Part shown: piece by piece, positions 28,136-37,495 of the stretch
How positions within the stretch are numbered: the first letter of the stretch is position 1
Layout of the letters: each line of letters opens with the position of its first letter
Assembly: GCA_965228475.1 (NCBI GenBank)
Contig: OZ245817.1
Location: 352,001 to 416,000, forward strand
Length of the DNA stretch: 64,000 bases
From: Myxococcota bacterium
GTDB taxonomy: Bacteria; Myxococcota_A; UBA9160; JAFDDA01
Reading direction: 5' to 3'
Notes under the pieces: generated by a model
What the model was told of the DNA's origin: nothing
What the model saw: the letters and a program-made list of their open reading frames with translations, nothing else
The model's database searches: none
Made by a program: the position numbers and the translations under genes

Positions 28136-29680
28136 ATGCACCCTGGCGCCCACGCGGAGAAGACCCCGGACAAGATCGCCTACGTCATGGCCGGCAGCGG
28201 CGAGGCCGTGACCTACCGCGAGCTCGACGAACGCTCGAGTCAGGCCGCAAATCTCCTGCGCTCGGTCGGCCTCCGGCCGGGCGACCACATCGCCCTGTGC
28301 ATGGAGAACAACGCCTCCTACTTCCCGATCTGCTGGGCGGCGCAGCGGTCGGGCCTCTACTTCACCTGCATCAGCTCGCGGCTCACGGCCGAAGAGGTGG
28401 CCTACATCGTCGACGACTGCGACGCGAAGGTCTTCATCGGCTCGAAGGCGAAGCGGGACGTGACCGAAGGCCTCGCCGAAGCCTGCCCGAAACTCGTGGC
28501 GCGCTTCCTCGTCGGAGACGCGGGCGACGGCTACGAGAACTGGGAGGACGCCGTCGCCGCGCAGCCCGTCGCGCCGAGCGGCGAGGAGGTCGAGGGCGGC
28601 CAGATGCTCTACAGCTCGGGCACCACGGGACGGCCGAAGGGCGTGAAGCATCCCCTCACCATGGAGCCCCTCGGGACGCCGCCGCCCCTGGCGCTCGGGA
28701 TCATGGGCATGTACGCGGGCAACGAGGAGAGCATCTACCTCTCGCCCGCACCGCTCTACCACGCCGCACCGCTCGGCTTCACGATGGCGTTCCTGCGACT
28801 CGGCGCGACGGTCATCGTGATGGAGCAGTTCGACGCGGTCGCTGCGCTCGGGCTGATCGAGAAGTACCGCGTGACCCACAGCCAATGGGTGCCCACGATG
28901 TTCGTGCGCATGCTGAAGCTGCCCGAGGCCGATCGCATGCGATCGGACGTCTCGAGCCTCACCCACGCCATCCACGCGGCGGCGCCGTGCCCCGTCCCCG
29001 TGAAGGAGGCGATGATCGAGTGGTGGGGCCCGGTGATCCACGAGTACTACGCCGGCACCGAAGGCAACGGCTTCTGCCGGATCGACAGCCACGAGTGGCT
29101 CGAGCACAAGGGCAGCGTCGGCAAGCCCATCAACGCGATCGTCCACATCCTCGACGAAGAGACCCAGGAAGAGCTGCCGCCGGGCGAGATCGGCGGGGTC
29201 TACTTCGAGAGCGGCGTCCGCTACGAGTATCACAAGGCCCCGGAAAAGACGGCCGACGCCAAGAGCAAGCAGGGCTACACGACGCTCGGCGACGTCGGCT
29301 ACGTCGACGAGGACGGCTTCCTCTACCTGACCGACCGCAAGGCCTTCATGATCATCACCGGCGGCGTGAACGTCTACCCGCAGGAGACCGAGAACTGCCT
29401 CATCACCCACCCGAAGGTCACGGACGTCGCCGTCATCGGCGTTCCGAACGAGGACTTCGGCGAGGAGGTGAAGGCCGTCGTCCAACCGGCGAGCTTGGCC
29501 GACGCGACTCCCGAGCTGGCCGAAGAGCTCATCGCGTACTGCCAGGAGCGCATCGCCGACGTGAAGTGCCCGCGCTCCGTCGACTTCCTCGAAGAACTCC
29601 CCCGGCATCCGACGGGCAAGCTCTACAAGCGCCTGCTCAAGGACCGCTACTGGGGGAAGGCGGACTCGAAGATCGTCTAG
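28136..29680 (+). CDS. Acyl-CoA synthetase (AMP-binding)
   Basis: YSSGTTGRPKG, EYYAGTE, TLGDVGYVDEDGFLYLTDRK, PRHPTGKLYK. Confidence 0.93.
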   Translation: MHPGAHAEKTPDKIAYVMAGSGEAVTYRELDERSSQAANLLRSVGLRPGDHIALCMENNASYFPICWAAQRSGLYFTCISSRLTAEEVAYIVDDCDAKVFIGSKAKRDVTEGLAEACPKLVARFLVGDAGDGYENWEDAVAAQPVAPSGEEVEGGQMLYSSGTTGRPKGVKHPLTMEPLGTPPPLALGIMGMYAGNEESIYLSPAPLYHAAPLGFTMAFLRLGATVIVMEQFDAVAALGLIEKYRVTHSQWVPTMFVRMLKLPEADRMRSDVSSLTHAIHAAAPCPVPVKEAMIEWWGPVIHEYYAGTEGNGFCRIDSHEWLEHKGSVGKPINAIVHILDEETQEELPPGEIGGVYFESGVRYEYHKAPEKTADAKSKQGYTTLGDVGYVDEDGFLYLTDRKAFMIITGGVNVYPQETENCLITHPKVTDVAVIGVPNEDFGEEVKAVVQPASLADATPELAEELIAYCQERIADVKCPRSVDFLEELPRHPTGKLYKRLLKDRYWGKADSKIV

Positions 29681-30762
29681 CTCGCGGGCTTGCCCTCGAC
29701 CCGGAAGCGCACGCTTCCGAGGACGATGCCGAGGGGCGTGCGGACCCGGACCTCCCAATCGCCCGCCGGGTTCTCCGGGAAGTTCTCCTTGTGGCTCCAG
29801 GCGCGGAAGCCTTCGCGGCGGCCGCCCGTGATCTCCATCGGAATGCGGTCGACCAGCGCGCCGTCCTGGCGCCACTCGTGGACGACGCCCTGGTTCAGGC
29901 CGAGCGGCGCGCGGATAGGCGTGTAGGCGTAGAGCCCGTCTTCGTCCCAGGCCTCCGCACGAAGGACCTCCGCCGCACCGAGGGGTCGCTTCTCTTCTTC
30001 GTCGAGGGCCGTCGTCACGACCGGCTCGACGACCCGGGCGCTCATCGGAGGCAGGAGGCTTCGCCCGGCGAAGAGCCCGCCGCAGATCGCCGCGACGATC
30101 GCCGTGCTCACGAGGAAGCGACGGCGGCGCCGGCCCTCGGCGACGCGGTAGAGGAGCGGCCAGGTCGAGATCATCGTGAAGGCCATGGAGTAGAGGAGCG
30201 CTTCGTCGAGCGGGGCCTGGAACGCGATCGGGAGTGCCATGAAGCCGCACAGGAACATCGTGACGGCGTGGAAGCCGAGCAGCGCCACGCGCGAGCGGGC
30301 GAGGGTCAGGTGGTAGAGCGGGTCGATCGAAGCGACCGCGGTGAGCAGGACGATCAGGCCGGTGAAGACGACCTGGCCGCTCTCCCAGGTCGTCGAGAGC
30401 AGGGCGAAGGTCACCACGAAGAAGAGCGATTCCTGGTGGATGGCCTGGAGCGTGACCTGGAAGAGTCCGGTGCCGGCGCGGCTCCACCGGCTGTCGGGCA
30501 GCGTCGAGAGCAGGAAGGCCTCGAGGAGCAGCAGCGCCCAGCCCGCGAGCGCGGCCATCGCGATGCCCGCGGCCAGCGCCGGCTGGCGGTCGATGAACCA
30601 GTAGCTCGCGAAGCCGCTCGCGAGCCCGAACAGCGCGATCGGGACCTGGTAGCGCTCGAGCCACACCGGGACCCCATCGACGAGCTTCGCCACCGCGCCC
30701 TGCCAGCGCGGGGCGACGGACGGCGCGGCTTCGGCGGCCTCGGTGGGTGCGGACTCGGACAT
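29677..30762 (-). CDS. Membrane protein with C-terminal DUF2914-like domain
   Basis: IHQESLFF, SIDPLY, multiple TM segments, LYAYTPIRAPLGLNQGVVHEW...ITGGRREGFRAWSHK. Confidence 0.75.
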   Translation of the reverse strand: MSESAPTEAAEAAPSVAPRWQGAVAKLVDGVPVWLERYQVPIALFGLASGFASYWFIDRQPALAAGIAMAALAGWALLLLEAFLLSTLPDSRWSRAGTGLFQVTLQAIHQESLFFVVTFALLSTTWESGQVVFTGLIVLLTAVASIDPLYHLTLARSRVALLGFHAVTMFLCGFMALPIAFQAPLDEALLYSMAFTMISTWPLLYRVAEGRRRRRFLVSTAIVAAICGGLFAGRSLLPPMSARVVEPVVTTALDEEEKRPLGAAEVLRAEAWDEDGLYAYTPIRAPLGLNQGVVHEWRQDGALVDRIPMEITGGRREGFRAWSHKENFPENPAGDWEVRVRTPLGIVLGSVRFRVEGKPAS

Positions 30763-30981
30763 GGGGCTCCCGGCGGGCGTCGGCCCGCGCGAAGCGCCGG
30801 AGGGTAGGGCAGCCCGGCGCTGGCTCGTGCCTGGGAAACCGAGGGCCGCCCGCGAGTTCTCGCGGACCGGACGAGGCCGCCGTCGAAAAGCTGGCCTCCG
30901 CCGAGCCCGCCGGAGTAGAATCCGAATCTAGATTCGGCTTCTGTCCGCTCCGGCGGCGGAGCCCCAGGCAGGAGCCCGGCG

Positions 30982-32427
30982 ATGGAACGCTTCGATCACT
31001 TCTTCATCGGCGGCGAGCACGTGGCGCCCTCTTCGGACGAGCGCATCACGGTGATCTCGCCCGCCTCGGAGGACCCCATCGGCTCCGTCCCGGCGGCCGT
31101 CGCCGCGGACGTGGATGCCGCCGTGGCCGCGGCGCGGAAGGCCTTCGAAGAGGGTCCGTTCCCGAAGTGGTCCCCTGCCGAGCGCGCGGCGGCGATCCGC
31201 CGGCTCTCCGCCGCGATCCAGAAGCGCGGGCCGCAGTTCGCCGAGACCATCGGGCGGCAGAACGGCGCGCCGATCGCGACGGCCCTCGGCACCCAGGTGA
31301 TCTCGGCGACGATGGCCCTCGACGCCTTCGCGGAGATCGCCGAGACCTACCCGTGGGAGAGCCGGCGCGCCGGCGGCCTCGGGCAACCGATCGACGTGCG
31401 CCAGGTTCCCGTCGGGGTCTGCGCGGCGATCGTCCCCTGGAACGTCCCGCTCTATCTCATGGCGACGAAGATCGGGCCGGCACTCGCCGCGGGTTGCACG
31501 CTCGTCGTGAAGCCCGCGCCGGAGACGGCCCTCGACCCGTACCTCCTGGCCGAGGCCATCGTGGAAGCCGAGATTCCGCCGGGCGTGATCAATATCGTGA
31601 CGGCCGAGCGCGAAGCGAGCGAGAGCCTGGTCACGCACCCGGGCATCGACAAGGTGAGCTTCACCGGCAGTAGCGCCGCCGGTGCACGGGTGGCGAGCCT
31701 GTGCGGTGCCGAGCTCAAGCGCTGCACGCTCGAGCTCGGTGGCAAGTCCGCGGCCATCCTGCGCGAAGACTTCGACCCCGGGAAGATCGAGACGCTCGTC
31801 GGCGCCGGCTTCCTGAACAACGGCCAGGCCTGCCTCGCCCAGACCCGCATCCTCGCGCCGCGCGCGCGATACGACGAGATCGTCGCGGCGCTCGGCGATT
31901 GCATCGCTGCCAAGCGGCTCGGCGATCCGATGGATCCGGCCACCGAGATCGGCCCGCTGGTCGCGGAGCGTCAGCGGGCCCGCGCGGAGGATCTGATCGC
32001 CTCCGCCCGTGCCGAGGGCGCGCGTCTCGTCTGCGGGGGCGACCGCCCGAAGCAGCCCGAGCAGGGCTGGTACGTCGCGCCGACGCTCTTCGCCGACGTC
32101 CACAACGGGATGCGCATCGCCCGGGAAGAAGTGTTCGGCCCGGTCCTCGTGGCCATCCCCTACGACGACGACGCGGACGCCGTCCGCATCGCCAACGATT
32201 CGGACTTCGGCCTCGGCGGCGGCGTCTGGGGCGAAGACGCGGAGCGGGCCGCGGCCCTGGCCAAGCAGATCCGCACCGGCTCGGTGACCGTGAACAACGG
32301 CGTGCTGCTCGACTTCAAGAGCCCCTTCGGCGGCTTCAAGAAGTCGGGCATCGGCCGTGAGCTCGGGCCCGAGGGCGTCGGTGCCTACACCGAGTATCAG
32401 ACCGTGATCTACGCGCCGGGCACGTAG
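30982..32427 (+). CDS. Aldehyde dehydrogenase
   Basis: IVPWN, FTGS, LELGGKS, NNGQAC, EEVFGP, PFGGFKKSGIGRE. Confidence 0.95.
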   Translation: MERFDHFFIGGEHVAPSSDERITVISPASEDPIGSVPAAVAADVDAAVAAARKAFEEGPFPKWSPAERAAAIRRLSAAIQKRGPQFAETIGRQNGAPIATALGTQVISATMALDAFAEIAETYPWESRRAGGLGQPIDVRQVPVGVCAAIVPWNVPLYLMATKIGPALAAGCTLVVKPAPETALDPYLLAEAIVEAEIPPGVINIVTAEREASESLVTHPGIDKVSFTGSSAAGARVASLCGAELKRCTLELGGKSAAILREDFDPGKIETLVGAGFLNNGQACLAQTRILAPRARYDEIVAALGDCIAAKRLGDPMDPATEIGPLVAERQRARAEDLIASARAEGARLVCGGDRPKQPEQGWYVAPTLFADVHNGMRIAREEVFGPVLVAIPYDDDADAVRIANDSDFGLGGGVWGEDAERAAALAKQIRTGSVTVNNGVLLDFKSPFGGFKKSGIGRELGPEGVGAYTEYQTVIYAPGT

Positions 32428-32459
32428 GCGCGAAACACCGGATCGAGGAGGGGAGAATC

Positions 32460-33377
32460 GTGACGGATCAGAAGATCGCCGTGGTGACGGGCGCGAACGT
32501 CGGGCTCGGGTACGAGACCAGCCTGGCGCTCGCGCGCGAGGGGTACAGGGTCGTGATGGCCTGCCGGAGTGCGGAGAAGGCACGCCAGGCGAGCGAGCAG
32601 ATCCGCAAGGCCGTTCCCGCGGCCGACCTCGACGCCATCCCCCTCGACCTGATCGATCGCGGGAGCATTTCGCAGTTCGCCAAGGCCTTCTCCGAGCGCT
32701 ACGCGAAGCTCGATGCGCTCGTGAACAACGCGGGGGTGATGGGTCCGCCGCGCACGATCACGCAGAACGACGTCGAGCTGCAGTTCGACGCCAACCACCT
32801 CGGCCACTTCTACCTGACGTCGCTGCTGATGGACCGGCTCGAGGCGGCCGGCGACGCCCGGATCGTGAACGTCTCGAGCCTCGCCGCGAAGTACCCCAAG
32901 GCGGACATCTTCTTCGACAACCTGAACTTCGAGGGGAACTACGAGGAAGGGTTCGACTTCATGGGCCTGCCCGGCATGCTCGCCTACTCGCAGAGCAAGC
33001 TCGCCAACGTCCTGTTCACGATGGAGCTCAACGACCGCCTGGCGGCTGCCGGCAAGGACATCCGTGCGATCGCGGCGCACCCCGGGGCCTCCAACACCGA
33101 TCTCTCGCGGAACATGAGCTGGTACATCCGGCTCCTCGCCCCGATCCTGGTGCGCTTCATGGACATCTCGAAGCCCGAGGAAGGCGCGCAATCGCTCGTG
33201 TACGCGGCCATCTCTCCGGACGCGAAGGCCGGCGACTTCATCGGGCCGACGGGGAAGGGCGAGGCCATCGGGCCTCCCGGGCACTGCGAGCTTCCCACCC
33301 AGGCCCACGACAAGGAACTCTGCCGCAGGCCCTGGGAGCTGTCTGAGCGGATGCTCGGGATCGAGTTCGCGATCTGA
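32460..33377 (+). CDS. SDR oxidoreductase (retinol dehydrogenase-like)
   Basis: TGANVGLG, NNAGVM, NHLGHF, YSQSK, AHPG. Confidence 0.92.
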   Translation: MTDQKIAVVTGANVGLGYETSLALAREGYRVVMACRSAEKARQASEQIRKAVPAADLDAIPLDLIDRGSISQFAKAFSERYAKLDALVNNAGVMGPPRTITQNDVELQFDANHLGHFYLTSLLMDRLEAAGDARIVNVSSLAAKYPKADIFFDNLNFEGNYEEGFDFMGLPGMLAYSQSKLANVLFTMELNDRLAAAGKDIRAIAAHPGASNTDLSRNMSWYIRLLAPILVRFMDISKPEEGAQSLVYAAISPDAKAGDFIGPTGKGEAIGPPGHCELPTQAHDKELCRRPWELSERMLGIEFAI

Positions 33378-33397
33378 GGCGGCTCCCCGACGGGTAG

Positions 33398-33437
33398 GTG
33401 CATTCCGTGGAATGTGTTAACATTCCTTGGAATGCAC
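33398..33437. promoter_or_regulatory. Tandem palindromic operator, probably for MarR
   Basis: CATTCC-GT-GGAATG (33401-33414) and CATTCC-TT-GGAATG (33421-33434), 20-bp period, just upstream of the MarR-containing operon. Confidence 0.78.
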
Positions 33438-33449
33438 TGAGGAGTCCCC

Positions 33450-33914
33450 ATGAGCCCCCTTCGGCCCGCCCTCTTCGCCCTTCCTCTACTTCTTCTCTCC
33501 GCCGCCTGCGGCCCGATCGGACCGCTGGCCGGCGGCTCCCTCGGCGGGCCCGTCGCGCCGGCGCCGGGCGATTGGCAGGCCGTCGCCGAGGTGGAGCAGA
33601 TCCAGCTCGAATCCCGGCCGGAGGACCCCCACTCGGTGAACACCTGGTGCGGCGTCGTCGACGGCGCGCTCTACGTGCCGAGTTCGCTGATCATGGGCCC
33701 GGACGATCCGGCCGAGCGCGGCTGGGTGCGCAACGTCGTGGCGGATCCGCGGGTGCGGCTGCGCATCGACGGCACGGTCTACGAGCTGCGCGCCGTGCGG
33801 GTCGAAGAGGAGGGCGAGCGGGAGCGCGTGCGCAGCGCGCTGATGGCCAAGTACGAGGTCGAGCCCGACGCACACTCCGCGGCAGCCTGGATCTTCCGCA
33901 TGGAGCCGCGCTAG
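33450..33914 (+). CDS. Lipoprotein, split-barrel (DUF2255/PNPOx-like)
   Basis: Lipobox LLSAAC; LESRPEDPHSVN...WVRNVVADPRVRLRIDG. Confidence 0.65.
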   Translation: MSPLRPALFALPLLLLSAACGPIGPLAGGSLGGPVAPAPGDWQAVAEVEQIQLESRPEDPHSVNTWCGVVDGALYVPSSLIMGPDDPAERGWVRNVVADPRVRLRIDGTVYELRAVRVEEEGERERVRSALMAKYEVEPDAHSAAAWIFRMEPR

Positions 33915-34409
33915 TTGCGCCCGAAGCGCCCGAAAGAGGAGCAGATCATCGTCTGGTGCGGCGTCGTCACCCAGCTCGTGCGGACGCGCTCGAACCGCAT
34001 CCTGAAGGACGCGGAGCTGCCCTATCCGCTCTTCATCCTGCTCCGCCACTTCTGCCACGATCCGGACCGGGAGTGGACCGTCACCCAGCTCGCCGCGGCC
34101 TTCGAGACGAAGCAGCCGGGCATGACGAAGAAGGTCAAGCGGCTGCTCGACCTCGGCTACCTCGCCGCGCGGCCCGACGACGAGGACAAGCGGGTCCGCT
34201 GGCTGCGCGTCACGCCGCGAGGCGTTCGCCTGCGCGACGCCATGACGAACCGTCTCGCGCCGGACCAGGCCGGATACTTCGAAGGCTGGAAGCGTTCCGA
34301 GGTCACCGAGCTGCATCGTCACCTCGAGCGGCTCAAGACCTGGCTCGACGATCACCGGGACGACATCGTGCTCCCGGACACCCCGCGCCCGAGAAGGAGA
34401 ACCCCGTGA
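33915..34409 (+). CDS. MarR family regulator
   Basis: TVTQLA...MTKKVKRLLDLGYL...DKRVRWLRVTPRG. Confidence 0.85.
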   Translation: MRPKRPKEEQIIVWCGVVTQLVRTRSNRILKDAELPYPLFILLRHFCHDPDREWTVTQLAAAFETKQPGMTKKVKRLLDLGYLAARPDDEDKRVRWLRVTPRGVRLRDAMTNRLAPDQAGYFEGWKRSEVTELHRHLERLKTWLDDHRDDIVLPDTPRPRRRTP

Positions 34410-34816
34410 AGAACCTTCGAACCCTCCCCGCGTGTTTCGCCGCCTTGCTCGGCCTGCTGGCCTCGGGTTGCGGCGGCCCGTTCGCGATCTTTCCCGGCGG
34501 AGCGCTCTCGGGGGAGGTCGTCGTCGAAACGCCCGCAGACTGGTCTCACGTGGAGACGGGCGCCTTTGCGCTCGAGACGCGGCCGAGTGATCCCTACTCG
34601 GTGAACGTGAACGTGATCTCCCGCGGCGGTTCGCTCTACATCGACCCGGCCCCCGAGCGTCGCTGGGCCGAGAACATCGCGGCCGACCCCCGGGTGCGGC
34701 TGCGCGTGGACGGCCGCGTGCATCCCCTGACCGCCACGCGCGTCACGGACGAAGCCGAGCTTGCGGGCTTCGACGCCGGGCGCACGGTCTACCGCCTCGA
34801 TCCGCGGAGCCCCTGA
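34406..34816 (+). CDS. Lipoprotein, paralog of 33450..33914
   Basis: Lipobox LLASGC; LETRPSDPYSVN...WAENIAADPRVRLRVDG. Confidence 0.7.
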   Translation: MKNLRTLPACFAALLGLLASGCGGPFAIFPGGALSGEVVVETPADWSHVETGAFALETRPSDPYSVNVNVISRGGSLYIDPAPERRWAENIAADPRVRLRVDGRVHPLTATRVTDEAELAGFDAGRTVYRLDPRSP

Positions 34817-34877
34817 GCGCGCACTTCGCCCATTCGGGGGATGCCTGTCGCGCGCCGCGGCGGGGTACCCTGGGGCC

Positions 34878-35552
34878 ATGACGGACGCGAACGCGCAGCC
34901 GGCCTCGGTCTTCCTGGTCGAAGACGACGAAGCGACGCGTCGGCTCCTGGCCGGTGTGATCGAAGGGCATCCGCTCCTGGAACTCGCGGGCGAGGCGGAT
35001 TCCTGCGCGGCGGCCCTCCCGCAGCTCGAAGAGCGGCCGCCCGACGTCCTGCTGACCGACCTCGGGCTTCCGGACGGCAGCGGCATCGCACTCATCCGCG
35101 CGCTGCGCGGCTGGCGCCAGGATGCCCTGGCGATGGTGATCACCGTGATTGGCGACGAGCAGACGGTGCTCGCGGCGATTGCCGCCGGGGCGAGCGGTTA
35201 CCTCTTGAAGGGCGGGCCGGGCCCGCGCGTGGCCGAGGCGGTGCTCGAGCTCCTCGCGGGCGGGTCCCCGATGACGCCGACCATCGCACGCTCGGTGCTC
35301 CGCCTCGTCCGGGACACGACCGGCGACGACCCGTCGAAGGCCGACGCGCCGAAGCTCACCGAGCGCGAGCACGAGGTCCTCCGCCTCATCGCCAAGGGCT
35401 TCAAGTTCGGCGAGATCGCGAGCATGCTCTCGATCTCGGAGTACACCGTGAAGACCCACGTGCGGCACATCTACCGCAAGCTCGAGGTCGACTCGCGCGG
35501 CTCCGCGGTCTACGAGGCGCTCCAGTGGGGCCTCGTGAAGGCGGGCGACTAG
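34878..35552 (+). CDS. NarL/FixJ family response regulator
   Basis: VFLVEDD, DVLLTDLGLPDGSG, GYLLKG, LTEREHEVL...TVKTHVRHIYRKL. Confidence 0.93.
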   Translation: MTDANAQPASVFLVEDDEATRRLLAGVIEGHPLLELAGEADSCAAALPQLEERPPDVLLTDLGLPDGSGIALIRALRGWRQDALAMVITVIGDEQTVLAAIAAGASGYLLKGGPGPRVAEAVLELLAGGSPMTPTIARSVLRLVRDTTGDDPSKADAPKLTEREHEVLRLIAKGFKFGEIASMLSISEYTVKTHVRHIYRKLEVDSRGSAVYEALQWGLVKAGD

Positions 35553-37402
35553 GGCGCTGCCGGACCGCCTCCGGAGGGGATCCACAGCCGGACTTCGGTG
35601 CCCGTCGCGCTGCCCTCGACGTGCAGGCGCCCGCCGAGGGCTCGTGCGCGGGCCCGCATGTGCTCGAGCCCGCGCCCGGAGTGGGAGTCCGCGCCCGGCC
35701 CCGAGCCGTCGTCGCGGATCGAGAGCACCACGCCGCCCTCGCCCTCTTCCGTCGCCACGCGCACCGTGCTCGCCTGCGCGTGCTTCAGCACGTTGGTGAT
35801 CGCCTCTTCGACGATGCGCAGCAGGTGCAGCGAAGCCTCCGGGGAGAGCGGCTGCTCGGGCAGGTCGCCCACCTTCCACTCGAGGGTGAGGGCGTGGCCC
35901 TCGAGCCGCGCGTCGATCCGCTCGCGGATGCCTCCGAGCAGCGCGCCGAGCTCGGCGTCCTCCGGGTCGAGGGATCGGATCAGCAGGCGCATGTCGTCGA
36001 GGGACTCGCGGAGCGTCCGGATCACGCGTTCGCCGTGCTCCGGGCCGGTCTCGAGCAGGGCGAGGCTCGAGACGATCTTGCCGCCCATGCCGTCGTGCAC
36101 CTCGCGGACGATGCGCTCGCGCTCGAGCGAAAGCGCGCGTTCGCGTTCGAGCTGCGAGAGCCGGCCGTAGTTGCGTTCGAGCTCGGCCTGCTTGCTGCGC
36201 ACGCGCTCCTCGAGCTCGGCGTTCAGGCTCTCGGCCAGGTCGTAGGCGCGGATGAAGCGCGCGCCGAGCGTGGTCGCGAAGGCCAGCAGGATGACCGGCC
36301 CGGCGAGGGGGAGCAGGCGCATCGCTTCCATCTCGACCCAGCCGGACTGGATCGCCAGGTCGTGGGCGGCGATTACGACGAACGTGGCTGCCGCCGCCAG
36401 GAACACCGGCAGCTCGCGCTGCTCGAGGAGCCGCCGGTGCCGGCCGATGGCGAACGCTCCATAGCCGACGACCAGCACGTGGGAGAGGCCCGCCCACTGG
36501 ACGAAGTCCGTGAACGCCGCCTCGCGCAGCGTCAGGAAGAGCAGCAGAACGACGGCCCCCCAGGCGAGGAGCGCCGCCTCTACGCGCGGCCGCCGCATCC
36601 CGAGCAGGCGGTGCACCGCGAAGGCGCTCGAAACCGCGCCGATCGCAAAGCTCCCGTGCACGATTCGCTCCCACGTCCAGAACGAAACGGGGACCTCGCG
36701 GACGTGATAGTTGAAGCTGCCGACGACCCACGCCGCCGCGGTGAGGAGGAAGAACCCGTAGAGCGGGTCGCGCCGGGCGGCCAGCCAGATGATCCCGAGG
36801 AAGAGCGAGAGCGCGACGCCGACGCCGCTCGCGAGCTCGGCCAGGGTGACGTGCCAGAAGCGCTGCTGGCGGTGGCTCGGCGCGAGCGCGGCGGCCGGCC
36901 CGATGTACACGGGCTCGAGGCGATCCCACGAGCCGCGGTGCGCGAACAGGGCGACGTCGAGGCGGTTCTCGCCGGCCTCGAGCAGGCCGGCCGAGAACGG
37001 GAAGAAGAGCGGCCGGTTCGAGTTGAGGGTGACCGGCTCCTCCATGCGGCCGCCGTCCCCGACGAAGGCGCCGTTCACGAAGACCGCCGCGTTCGAGGCC
37101 ACGCCGGGGAGGAAGACCGCCCATCGCTCGTCGGGCGTGGCATCGAGGGCGAAACGGAAGCGGTACCAGCCGCGGCCGTGGGCTTCGGGCCGGCTCTCCC
37201 GCCACACGTCGGTCAGGGTCACGGGCTCCCACGCTGCCGTCTCGGGCGGGGGTTTCTCGGCGGGGTCGAGCCGGAACCGGCCGCTCTCGAAGAGGTGCGT
37301 CTGCGAGCCAGGGTCCGGCGTCTCGAGGGCGCAACCGGCAGCCAGCACGCAGGAAACCAGGAGTCCGAGGCTCCATCGGAGGCGCTGCTTGCGGGCCGTC
37401 AT
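35549..37402 (-). CDS. Sensor histidine kinase (7TM-DISM-type input, HisKA_3-type)
   Basis: C-terminal 617 aa of ORF 35549..39961: extracellular GWYRFRF domain, about 7 TM, REVHDGMG, EAITNVLKHA, DDGSG, GRGL. Confidence 0.88.
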   Translation of the reverse strand: MTARKQRLRWSLGLLVSCVLAAGCALETPDPGSQTHLFESGRFRLDPAEKPPPETAAWEPVTLTDVWRESRPEAHGRGWYRFRFALDATPDERWAVFLPGVASNAAVFVNGAFVGDGGRMEEPVTLNSNRPLFFPFSAGLLEAGENRLDVALFAHRGSWDRLEPVYIGPAAALAPSHRQQRFWHVTLAELASGVGVALSLFLGIIWLAARRDPLYGFFLLTAAAWVVGSFNYHVREVPVSFWTWERIVHGSFAIGAVSSAFAVHRLLGMRRPRVEAALLAWGAVVLLLFLTLREAAFTDFVQWAGLSHVLVVGYGAFAIGRHRRLLEQRELPVFLAAAATFVVIAAHDLAIQSGWVEMEAMRLLPLAGPVILLAFATTLGARFIRAYDLAESLNAELEERVRSKQAELERNYGRLSQLERERALSLERERIVREVHDGMGGKIVSSLALLETGPEHGERVIRTLRESLDDMRLLIRSLDPEDAELGALLGGIRERIDARLEGHALTLEWKVGDLPEQPLSPEASLHLLRIVEEAITNVLKHAQASTVRVATEEGEGGVVLSIRDDGSGPGADSHSGRGLEHMRARARALGGRLHVEGSATGTEVRLWIPSGGGPAAP

Positions 37403-37495
37403 GGTCCCATCGTACCCGGGCCTCCCACTTTCGGGGGATGCCGCTGCGCCCTCGATTCTGGCTGAATCGTCCCAGCGGATTGCGAGGGCTCGCAG

